From a virus (Duplodnaviria > Caudoviricetes), in IMG/VR virus record IMGVR_UViG_2739368068_000001, positions 1-64,000 of that record: a stretch of DNA of 64,000 nucleotides, one strand, 5' to 3'. Under the pieces are notes generated by a model. The model made no database searches. It worked only from the letters and a program-made list of their open reading frames with translations, and was not told where the DNA came from. The position numbers and the translations under genes were made by a program. Each line of letters opens with the position of its first letter. Positions within the stretch are counted from its first letter, which is position 1. Below, piece by piece: positions 56,086-64,000 of the stretch.

Positions 56086-58493
56086 ACGAAGTCCCTTCCG
56101 GCCCCGGCGGCCAACCGTTCGTTACGAGCCCGACGGGCGCCGCCGGTGAGCTGCGCCTTGAACTCGGTGTAGGTCATGCGCGGGTGAGTCTCCCACCAGC
56201 GCAACAACTCCTCCGACGCGTACCGGCGTACCCGGTTGATCCCGCCGGAGAACAGGGCCCGGGGGTCGAACGCCTGAGCCCGGCCAGCAGGGGAGAGCAG
56301 GTGCCCCCGCGTCGCTGTCTCCGCCTCCAGGTATTGCAGGCTGACCCACTCGTCGTACTGGCGCCGGATCGCCGCGTCGGACAGCCGCCGGCCGCCGCTG
56401 CCGGCGGCGGCCTGCTCACGCTGCAACGTCTCGATGTCGAGATCATGCACCTCGGCGTACGCGTCCAGGTAGTCGCGGCCCTGGGCGAGCAGTTCGTTTA
56501 GCCGCTTGTCCTGCTCGGGAGTCGACTCCCGCCACTGCGTCGCGTGTTTCTTCTGGCGCGACGTCGTCCGGTCCGGCGGCCCGTACCGTTTATGGTCGTC
56601 CGGGTCGACGCCGTCCTCTTTCGCGAGCTGCCGAAACTCGGCGATCAGCGCGGGCGTCTTCAACGCGTCGGGGCGCTTGTCACCCCGGGACGCCGCGCCG
56701 GCCTCTCGCTGCAAGGTGGAATCCTCAATCTCGTCGGTGTAGGAGACGCCGTAGGCTCGCAGCATCGCCCGATAGACCCGGCGGGCGCTGGCCCGGTCCC
56801 CGTTCTCTGCGTCCTTTCGCGCCTGTTCCAGGATGATCGCCCACGCCTGGGCAGGCTTAGCGACGTCCGCAGGCGGTAGGGGACGCCGCATCGGCCCGAC
56901 CGACGGGTCATCCTCCGGCCCTCGTGCAATCGTTGACGGTGTCGGACCAAGGTCGGCGAATTCGCCAAGGTGGCGATACCACGCCAGATAAAGGGCGACC
57001 CGCTCAACCAGCGCCCGGGGATCGGCTTTCTCCGCTGCCCGAATCGCCTTCTCGTCGGCGTCGGCTGGTAACCCGAGGACCCGGCGCCGGGACTCGTCGA
57101 GCCGGCCGCGCATCTCTCCGTCTCGGGCCCCCGTCGGCCGGGCGGTGTAGAGCAGCAGCGTGTCAAACCACTCCATCGGGTTCCGCACCCGGACGGGCCC
57201 GCCCGGACCGGCGTTGCGGCGTGCCTCTCGGTCCGCTGCTATCGCGTTGCGGCGGTCCAGTTCGCCGCGCAACTGCGCCAGCCGCGTCGTCCGGTATTCC
57301 TCCTCATCCGGCGCAAGGTCGCGCTCCTCGACGGTCCGGATCGCGGCCGGGAGTTCGTCGTCGGCCAGGTCCCGCGCGGGTATGAACAGGGCCCGTCGGA
57401 GCCGCGCCTGTTCCGTTGCCCGGGCTTCCTCGGCCTCTCGGGCGGCCCGCCGGCGCTCAATCTCGTAGTTGACGTCTTTGGCCTCCTGGTCGCGCTCCCG
57501 CTGCGCCTGCGCGTATCCCTCCGGCCCCAACTCCCGGTAAAGCTGGCTCGGAAGGCTGCGATGCACGTACAAATTCGCGAATCGTGAATTCAGCTCGCGG
57601 TCGGTCAAATCCCGGAACCGGCGTTCACTCTGGGCGTCGCGGGCTTCCTTCTCACGACGGGCGTGCTCCGCGTACGCCTCCTCCTCCTCCTCCGCCGCCG
57701 CCCGCGCCGCCGCCTCGGCCGCCGCCCGCGCCCGGGCCTCTTCGGCCTCGGCGACCGCCCGCGCCTGCCGCTCGGCCTCCTCCCTCTCGGCCCGCTCGGC
57801 GGCCTCCCGGTCGCGGCGTTCCCACTCGACGTAGATCCGTTCCATCGCGGCCTCGTCGCCGAGCGTGGACGCCGCGTCAAGTCGCCGCTCCATGTCGGCG
57901 TCGTCGGTGGTCTCGTCGAACGGCCGATCGATGATCGCCCGTAGCCGCGCGTTCTGCGCGGCCCGTTCGGCGTCGCGGCGCCCCAGCTCGCCATCGAGTC
58001 GCATCAAGGCCGGCTCGTCGAGGTTGTTCATCCGCGACACGTCGGAGAACAGGGCCAACAGGTCGTCATCGCTGACCCCGGTCAGGTCGGCCGGGATCCG
58101 GGCGAGCACCGCGGCATCGTCGCGGCGACCCAGCTCGTCGGCGAGCCGGGCTAACGTCCGCTCGTCGACGGGGCCCGGCCGGTTCGTGACCTCCGATATC
58201 AGGGCTTGCACCCGCTCGTCGGACAGGCCGGTCAAGTCGTCAGGTACCCGGGGCGACTCGACCTGCGAGGCGACCACCCGCACCGGGTGTTCCCGGCGTT
58301 GCGCCGGCGTCGACGCCTCGGGGCGTACGTCGCGGCCGTCACGGCGCGCGGTCGATACCTGTACCTCCGCCATCCGGCTGACCCGGGAGCGCCGGTTGTG
58401 CCGGGCCGCGATTCCGTGCATCGCCCCCCGACACGCACAGGTACAGATCTCGTCGGTGGCTTCTGCGCATATCTTGCTGTGTTCCTCGGCCAC
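56082..58493 (-). CDS. Head-region protein C: Cys/His header, helical repeats and a conserved C-terminal domain
   Basis: HSKICAEATDEICTCACRGAMHGI. C-terminal TRGHLLSPAG...LFSG...ASEELLRWW. Confidence 0.75.
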   Translation of the reverse strand: MAEEHSKICAEATDEICTCACRGAMHGIAARHNRRSRVSRMAEVQVSTARRDGRDVRPEASTPAQRREHPVRVVASQVESPRVPDDLTGLSDERVQALISEVTNRPGPVDERTLARLADELGRRDDAAVLARIPADLTGVSDDDLLALFSDVSRMNNLDEPALMRLDGELGRRDAERAAQNARLRAIIDRPFDETTDDADMERRLDAASTLGDEAAMERIYVEWERRDREAAERAEREEAERQARAVAEAEEARARAAAEAAARAAAEEEEEAYAEHARREKEARDAQSERRFRDLTDRELNSRFANLYVHRSLPSQLYRELGPEGYAQAQRERDQEAKDVNYEIERRRAAREAEEARATEQARLRRALFIPARDLADDELPAAIRTVEERDLAPDEEEYRTTRLAQLRGELDRRNAIAADREARRNAGPGGPVRVRNPMEWFDTLLLYTARPTGARDGEMRGRLDESRRRVLGLPADADEKAIRAAEKADPRALVERVALYLAWYRHLGEFADLGPTPSTIARGPEDDPSVGPMRRPLPPADVAKPAQAWAIILEQARKDAENGDRASARRVYRAMLRAYGVSYTDEIEDSTLQREAGAASRGDKRPDALKTPALIAEFRQLAKEDGVDPDDHKRYGPPDRTTSRQKKHATQWRESTPEQDKRLNELLAQGRDYLDAYAEVHDLDIETLQREQAAAGSGGRRLSDAAIRRQYDEWVSLQYLEAETATRGHLLSPAGRAQAFDPRALFSGGINRVRRYASEELLRWWETHPRMTYTEFKAQLTGGARRARNERLAAGAGRDFV

Positions 58494-58499
58494 CGCCCG

Positions 58500-59870
58500 T
58501 TACCCCCCCGTTGTGCGATGCCGACGCCCGACGGGCGTCGGCATGATCGCGGCCTTACCTGTCAGGTCCGCGAGGACCGTCATCTGCGAGCCTCCAAGCC
58601 CGTCCGGGTATTCCGAGAGCTGGACTGATATCCGCCGGTCGAGGACCCGGCCACGGCGGCGGAGACTGACTTTCGATACGCCCTGGACGTAGCCGGTACC
58701 GCGCGTCGGTACCCCGTGCTGGTTGATGCCGCTGACGCGTACGTACATGCCCGGCGTCAGGTTGGTGACAGCTACCCGCTCCGGCTTCGGTAGACCCCCC
58801 GGCGGGGGTTTCCAGACCGTCACCGTCCGGTACCCGTAGGCCACTCCGGACACTGACGGCACGTTGGTGTCGACGCGGATCCAGCCGCCGGCGGCGAGTT
58901 GCTCGGGAGACACGGTGGACGACACACGGCCGATCAGGCGGCCCTGGTTGTCCGTGACTCGGCCGTCGGCGTCGACGTCGCCCCACCGGAACCCGAACGC
59001 GTCGTGCGTTATGTTTTCCCGGGCCTCCCGGGGTATCCCGCTCCCCTCCAGCCGCTTCGGGATCATGATCGATCCATTGGCGATGGCGCGGGCGACATCG
59101 GGATGCGTGTCGGGCACCGCCGCCCGCTCGGTCGCCTGCCGTGCGTCGTCCCGCTGCCCGATGTCGTCGAGCAGGGCCCGCCGCCGCGTCTCGCTCCGGA
59201 GAGCACGTAGCCGGCGAGCGATGTCCGGCACCGTGTCACGGCTCTCCAGCCCCGTCAGCCCCAGCGCGCCGACCTCCGCCGACGTGATGTCTCCCAGTTC
59301 TGGGTAGCGCGTCCGCAGCAGCGCCGCGAGGGAGTGATTCCCGGTCAGGTTGTCGTACTGCGCCTGCGTCTCGTCGACGAGCTGGCGGGCCCATCCGGCG
59401 CGGCTGTCGCCATCGGCCTGCCGGAGTGCCCGCATCAGCTCCACCGCGCCGTTACGGGCCCCGTTCCGGTCGCCCTGCTCCAGCGCGGCGGCCCAACGCC
59501 GGGCAGCGGCCTTCGTACCGGTCGGGAACCGCTCTGCGATCATGGCCCGCAACCGGGCTGCGCCTTCCGCCGGCAGCCGTGGCGCCGGGTCGTCGACAAC
59601 GGCCGGCGTCTCCGCCGGCTGCTGCCCTCCGGTGCTGGCCTTCCGCTGCTCGGTCTTCGTGCCGCCGCCCGGCGGCCGGCCGGTGCTGGCCCGCTCGACC
59701 CGGTGGTACCGCTTCCCGTCGCGGTTGACGGCCGTGACCCTGACGTCGTCCATGTTTCGGATCCGGCCGCCCTTGGTTCGGATCCCGTGCATCGTGCCGC
59801 CACAGTCGCAGTAGCAGTCGCCACCGTCTGCCTCTGCGCACTCGCGGCTGTGCGCTCCCTTGTCGGCCAC
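58500..59870 (-). CDS. Head-region protein B: Cys/His header and unknown domains
   Basis: HSRECAEADGGDCYCDCGGTMHGI. GAGGAGG RBS. Confidence 0.75.
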   Translation of the reverse strand: MADKGAHSRECAEADGGDCYCDCGGTMHGIRTKGGRIRNMDDVRVTAVNRDGKRYHRVERASTGRPPGGGTKTEQRKASTGGQQPAETPAVVDDPAPRLPAEGAARLRAMIAERFPTGTKAAARRWAAALEQGDRNGARNGAVELMRALRQADGDSRAGWARQLVDETQAQYDNLTGNHSLAALLRTRYPELGDITSAEVGALGLTGLESRDTVPDIARRLRALRSETRRRALLDDIGQRDDARQATERAAVPDTHPDVARAIANGSIMIPKRLEGSGIPREARENITHDAFGFRWGDVDADGRVTDNQGRLIGRVSSTVSPEQLAAGGWIRVDTNVPSVSGVAYGYRTVTVWKPPPGGLPKPERVAVTNLTPGMYVRVSGINQHGVPTRGTGYVQGVSKVSLRRRGRVLDRRISVQLSEYPDGLGGSQMTVLADLTGKAAIMPTPVGRRHRTTGG

Positions 59871-59905
59871 CGCCGGCCTCCTCGTGCTGTTGTCGGCGCA
59901 CGCGG

Positions 59906-59940
59906 AACAGCCGCCCCGCGCGGTGCGGGACGGCTGTTCG
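59906..59940. terminator. Hairpin within the head operon
   Basis: GAACAGCCG...CGGCTGTTC stem. Confidence 0.55.
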
Positions 59941-59957
59941 TGTGGTGGTACGGGCGC

Positions 59958-60239
59958 CTAGTGGACGACGGCCGCCCCGGCGGCGACCGGTGGTACCGGG
60001 ACCGGCGGCGGGGTGCCGGTCACGGTCAGCGGGCCGGGGATCAGGTGCCGGCCGGCGAGGTACAGCCACGTCTGGTCGTTGCTGCCCGTCGCGTCGTACT
60101 GCGGGCCGAGCGGTGTCATCGGTGCGGGGACCTGGTCGACGAGCCAGCCGGTAACCTCGGCGCCGGTCGTGGTGTCGGCATCCCACCGGCCGCCCCGGAA
60201 ATCGAGCCAACGACCGTCGCTGCCCTCAATTCGCCACAT
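59958..60239 (-). CDS. Small protein downstream of the peptidase-domain gene (immunity candidate)
   Basis: 93 aa. Overlaps the stop of protein A. Confidence 0.55.
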   Translation of the reverse strand: MWRIEGSDGRWLDFRGGRWDADTTTGAEVTGWLVDQVPAPMTPLGPQYDATGSNDQTWLYLAGRHLIPGPLTVTGTPPPVPVPPVAAGAAVVH

Positions 60240-61872
60240 GAGACGAATTGTATCCGAGTGTGAGTAGAGCGCCGATAACAAACTGCTGCAAATCATCGGA
60301 TCGGTCGAAATCGCGACGACGTGACCAGAGATCTTGCATGCCTACCTGGAATAGCTCCCACGGCACGTCGGCCGGATGGTCGGGTTTCCACCGTTCGTAC
60401 GTCTTACCTGCGTACGCGTTTGCCCATGTGTCCCTGAACCCGACTTCACGGTCTCCACTGTAAATCGGCGTCTGTCGTTCCAGTGTGACGCCGTCAGGGG
60501 CGGTCGACCTGCGACGAACCATTGTGAATTCAAGGTGCGTCAGACCAGGAATCGTCGCTTCCATCCGGTGCCCGAGTTCGTGCACGGTCACATCCCGCGC
60601 GTACCCGTCCGCGCCGGCGCCGTGCGCGCCGGCGTACCAACCGCCGACCCCCTGCGCCGGTACCCCCATCGTGTCGATCCCGGCGGAGTAGAACGCCCGT
60701 TCGGAGGCCACCAACCGCAACGGCCGCCGCGCGGCGGCCTGTAGCCACTCCGACGGGTAGAACTGTTCGGCGTCGGCCAGCGTGACCAGCGCGGTGACAC
60801 GTGCCCCGGTAGTCGGGACTCCGTCGACGTCCGTGATCCGCGACGCCTCTTCGTCCGTGGCCAGGGTTGCGCGGTGCCCCGGCCCGCCGAACGTCCGCGC
60901 AGACCCGAGCAACGCGGCCAAAATCTCCTGTTCCCGGCGTAGCGGAGCGAGTTTCGCTGCCTTCCACCGCTGGTGAGCGGCCGTCACATCAGGATGATCG
61001 GCCGGCAGCGTCTCCGACAGCCGCGACCAGGTGGCCCACGACTCCTCGTCGGCACGGCGGAGTCGCTGCCACTCAGGGTCGTTGTGCCATACCTTCCGCG
61101 CTTCGTCGAGGACCAGGCGGCCGACGTCGAGGACCGCATCGAGGTGCCGCTCATACTCTTCTGGCGGCAGCCGCACCGACAGTCCCGACGCGTCGTCACG
61201 ACCGGTCCGGTAGTGGTAGCTGGTCCGGTCGGCGGCCCGTTCCTCCTCCGTCCGCAGATAGTTACGGTTGTTCCTCAACGCCTCTTCGAGCGCTTCTATC
61301 CGCTGCTCGTACGGGCCGACCGACTGGGCAAACCAGCGTTCCCGGTCGGCCTTGCGAAGCCGCTGCCCCCGCCACTCGGCCTTGAACGCGGCGGCGGCCT
61401 GATCCCGGCGGGCCCGCTCGGCCGCGATCGCCGTCTCCAGCTCGGCGATCGCGGCGCGCAGCTCGGCGGCCCGCGCGACCGCCCGCCGGTCGACCCGCAG
61501 CGGCGCATCCCATTCGCCGCTAGTCTTCGGCAGGCCGGCCCGGACGCGGGCGATCGTTTCCCGCACCCCGTCCGGCAGCGTCGGCGCTTCCGGCGTCGTC
61601 GACCGGCTGACGGTCACCGAGGGTGCCCGGCGAAGCGCCTGCCGCCGCTCGGTCAGGGTGCCGCCGCCGGGCGGTAGCCCGTCGTCCCGGCGGACTCGCC
61701 ACCGCCGGCGGGTACCGGTTCCGATCGCGATGATCTGTACGTCCGCCATGCGGCGGAGCCGGCCGGACAGGTGTCGAATGCCGTGCATGGTGCCCTTGCA
61801 CTGGCAGTGACACACCCCGCCATCGGCGTTGGCGCACTCCTCGCTGTGCGGTCCGGCATCGGCCACGTCCAC
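60226..61872 (-). CDS. Head-region protein A: Cys/His header and a C-terminal zincin-like (HExxH) domain
   Basis: HSEECANADGGVCHCQCKGTMHGI. VTVHELGHRME...YAGKTY...WELFQVG. Confidence 0.75.
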   Translation of the reverse strand: MDVADAGPHSEECANADGGVCHCQCKGTMHGIRHLSGRLRRMADVQIIAIGTGTRRRWRVRRDDGLPPGGGTLTERRQALRRAPSVTVSRSTTPEAPTLPDGVRETIARVRAGLPKTSGEWDAPLRVDRRAVARAAELRAAIAELETAIAAERARRDQAAAAFKAEWRGQRLRKADRERWFAQSVGPYEQRIEALEEALRNNRNYLRTEEERAADRTSYHYRTGRDDASGLSVRLPPEEYERHLDAVLDVGRLVLDEARKVWHNDPEWQRLRRADEESWATWSRLSETLPADHPDVTAAHQRWKAAKLAPLRREQEILAALLGSARTFGGPGHRATLATDEEASRITDVDGVPTTGARVTALVTLADAEQFYPSEWLQAAARRPLRLVASERAFYSAGIDTMGVPAQGVGGWYAGAHGAGADGYARDVTVHELGHRMEATIPGLTHLEFTMVRRRSTAPDGVTLERQTPIYSGDREVGFRDTWANAYAGKTYERWKPDHPADVPWELFQVGMQDLWSRRRDFDRSDDLQQFVIGALLTLGYNSSHVAN

Positions 61873-61881
61873 CGCCCCCTG

Positions 61882-63039
61882 TCATGATCGGCTCGCCGGG
61901 ACGGCGGCCGGTGGAATGTGTCCGGCGCCGATCTCCTCTCGGTACCGGAGCCGGGTCAACTGGTGCTCGTCGACGTGCCGCACGATCGCGGCCGTCCACT
62001 CGGCGACCCGGGCCGCCGCCGCCCGCCGGCCCTGCTCGGTCAGCGCCGAGACTTCGCGCTCCCGCCAGTGCCGTATGTGGCGCTCGATCTCTCGCTGCCG
62101 GGTCCGGGCCGCCTCGCCGGCCGGGTCCGCGGTCCGGCCGGTCCGGAGCAGGATCGACACCCCGGGCAGGTAGCGGCGGATCGTGTGCCGGCATCGCGGG
62201 TGCAGCAGCCCAGCGGCGGTCGCCTCGTCGAGCGTGGCCACGACGTTGACGGGCACCAGGGCGCCGGTACGGGCGTGCGGTGCCATCTGCTGGCCGGTGG
62301 GGCCCCACAGCGCGAGAATCCGATGCTCGTAGGGGCGGCAGCGCCAGCATTCGCCGGGCTGGTCGTCGACGGACACGAGCCGGATCCCGGCGGCGGTGAT
62401 CTCGTCGGCCTGGCCAAGCACGGTCGCGCGGTGTACGGCGGTCTGCGCGGCCATCTCGACGTACGTGTGGAGGCGCCAGCGGCGGCCGGCGGTGTCGGTG
62501 TAGCCGGTGACGCCCCGGTCGACCAGCTCGGCCCATGCGGCCTGGGCGGCCTCGCGTTGGGTGGTGGCGCCGGTCAGCCTGCGGGCCGCCGCGTTGGTGA
62601 TCGCCCGCCGGTACGCGGTGTCGACCTGCGGCAGGATCGCCGCGTGCAGCGGCCGGAGTTCGCTGACCATGGCGTCGGCAAGGGCTTGGATTGCTTGCGC
62701 GGCGCGGCGTTCGGCCTGCCCGGCGGGGCGGGGCGCGGTGCGGTCGGTGAGGTGCTCGGCGAGGTCCGCGACGGCGTCAGCGCGGCCGGCGCGGTAGCCG
62801 GCGGCGATCGCTGCCCGGGCCCGGGCGGCGCCGGCGGCGGCGAGCTGCGCGGCGATCGCCGTGGTGGCGCGGTGTAGCGCGCCGATGCTTTCCAGTCGGC
62901 GGGCCTGCCAGTCGGTGCGGTCGAGTCCGACAGCGAGTCGGGCCCGGATCGTTTGCAGGAGCGCCGTTTCACCTTCGCGGTAGACGTGGGCGACGGCGGC
63001 GGCGAGCTGGTCGACGCGGCGTGGGTCGACCGCCACCAC
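61882..63039 (-). CDS. Phage minor capsid protein (MuF-like)
   Basis: GYTDTAGRRWRLHTYVEMA, ECWRCRPYE, GLLHPRCRH and QREIERHIRHW. No C-terminal extension. Confidence 0.88.
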   Translation of the reverse strand: MVAVDPRRVDQLAAAVAHVYREGETALLQTIRARLAVGLDRTDWQARRLESIGALHRATTAIAAQLAAAGAARARAAIAAGYRAGRADAVADLAEHLTDRTAPRPAGQAERRAAQAIQALADAMVSELRPLHAAILPQVDTAYRRAITNAAARRLTGATTQREAAQAAWAELVDRGVTGYTDTAGRRWRLHTYVEMAAQTAVHRATVLGQADEITAAGIRLVSVDDQPGECWRCRPYEHRILALWGPTGQQMAPHARTGALVPVNVVATLDEATAAGLLHPRCRHTIRRYLPGVSILLRTGRTADPAGEAARTRQREIERHIRHWREREVSALTEQGRRAAAARVAEWTAAIVRHVDEHQLTRLRYREEIGAGHIPPAAVPASRS

Positions 63040-63048
63040 AACCCCCTA

Positions 63049-63079
63049 AACTTTGGTAAACATGATGTTGACTAAAGAT
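63049..63079. promoter_or_regulatory. 31-bp dyad site 11 and plus-strand moron promoter
   Basis: AACTTTGGTAAA-CATGATG-TTGACTAAAGAT. Plus strand TTGACT-N17-TAGTTT. Confidence 0.85.
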
Positions 63080-63145
63080 GTTTGGGCGGCTAGTTTGATC
63101 TCTGGTCGGGTTGCTGGATCCGACCCCCGAACCGGAGGAACCCCG

Positions 63146-64000
63146 ATGCCGCACACCGCCCCGGCCGCACCCGCCGCCCGCGCCACCTGGAAGAACCACG
63201 GCCGCCCGGCCGCCGGCTTCTACTTCGGCAACGGCGCTGCCCCGGTCGGCTCAGGCCGGCTGGTGACGGTGCGGGCGGTCGGCTCCGTCGAGATCTTCGA
63301 CGCGACCACCGGCGAGCGGATCGCCGAGCACAGCACCCGGGCGATGTGGTGGTACGCCCCGGCCGCCGAGATCACCGGCGGGGACCTGGACCGCGCCCGG
63401 GTCGGCGCCGCGCACACCGAAGCGCGGCACATCGCCGAGTATCGGCGGATCACCAGCGACCGCACCGACCCGACCGACTCCCTGCTGTACCTCTCCCTCG
63501 TCGCCGACCAGCACCAGGCCGCGCAGCGTGGACACGGCGCGCTGGCGCTCGCGCTCGCCGAGCGAGTCGCCGCGCTCCGGCCGGCGCACGAGGCCGACGA
63601 GGCCGAGCGGGCCCGGGCGCTGGCCGAGCAGCGGGCCCGGGTCATCGCCACGCGGGCCGCTGAGGCCGGGCCGGACGAGGTTGTGATCGTGCCGTGCGGC
63701 GGGAAGAAGCTCGACGAGGCGGCGCCGGCCGGGGAGATCTACACCGGCAGCTACCACGCCGCGTGCCGGCGGGCCGCCGCCGCCCGGGGCGGCCGGCTGT
63801 TCATCCTCTCCGCCCTCCACGGGCTGCTCGACCCCGCCACGGTGATCGAGCCGTACGACCTGCGGATGGGTCAGCCCGGAAGCGTCACCCCGCGCCAGGT
63901 GCGCGACCAGGCCGGCGCGCTCGGCATCCTCGGCGCCCGGGTGACCGTGCTAGCCGGACGCGCGTACGCGGACGTCGTCCGGGCGGTCTGGCCGGACGCC
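63146..64000 (+). CDS. Moron gene with a DUF6884 (YaaA-like) C-terminal domain, runs off the window
   Basis: GGAGG RBS. Hand translation gives VIVPCGGKK...AGEIYTGSYH...LFILSALHGLL...IEPYDLRM. Confidence 0.75.
   Translation, partial: MPHTAPAAPAARATWKNHGRPAAGFYFGNGAAPVGSGRLVTVRAVGSVEIFDATTGERIAEHSTRAMWWYAPAAEITGGDLDRARVGAAHTEARHIAEYRRITSDRTDPTDSLLYLSLVADQHQAAQRGHGALALALAERVAALRPAHEADEAERARALAEQRARVIATRAAEAGPDEVVIVPCGGKKLDEAAPAGEIYTGSYHAACRRAAAARGGRLFILSALHGLLDPATVIEPYDLRMGQPGSVTPRQVRDQAGALGILGARVTVLAGRAYADVVRAVWPDA

Larger units (their letters stand above)
1..64000. mobile_element. Actinomycete siphovirus-type phage-plasmid with a TraB transfer module
   Basis: Near-complete virion gene set plus parA, rep/ori, Cre-like recombinase, and GntR/Spd/TraA/TraB genes. 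No host genes. Confidence 0.8.

Noticed and set aside
58400-61872. Shared headers as a DGR template/variable repeat pair
   Set aside because: No reverse transcriptase is present, and the differences are not confined to adenines. The similarity is protein-level paralogy.
1-64000. tRNA, rRNA, IS transposase, DNA methylase or known defence operons
   Set aside because: No cloverleaf or T-loop signature and no DDE or methyltransferase motifs were recognised by eye. A tRNAscan and HMM search would be needed to exclude them fully.

Overview
The whole window is one very GC-rich actinomycete siphovirus-type element with no host genes, tRNAs, CRISPR array or recognisable attL/attR. The host is probably a filamentous actinomycete, inferred from the TraB-type transfer genes. 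Read on the minus strand, the head, tail and lysis genes run from about 63 kb down to 36 kb, the early, replication and accessory genes run from 36 kb down to 2 kb, and terS/terL occupy 1966 to 1. The terminase 3' end and the portal gene, which should join the two window ends, lie outside the window, so the element looks like a circularly permuted episome. It also carries plasmid functions: ParA plus a partner, an iteron-containing Rep, a Cre-like recombinase with an adjacent lox-like dyad, and a GntR regulator with a Spd-like/TraA-like/TraB transfer operon. It is therefore best described as a phage-plasmid that may be conjugative. Three observations stand out. (1) Ten copies of a 31-bp dyad (12-7-12 architecture), each with a -35 hexamer in at least one arm lying exactly 17 bp from a TAnnnT -10 box, head many early, transfer and moron transcription units. 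(2) Three tandem large head-region genes share an N-terminal HSxxCAxA-x3-CxCxCxGxMHGI module joined to unrelated C-termini. (3) The Cre-like protein appears to lack several catalytic residues. All family assignments come from motifs recognised by eye; no database search was run.
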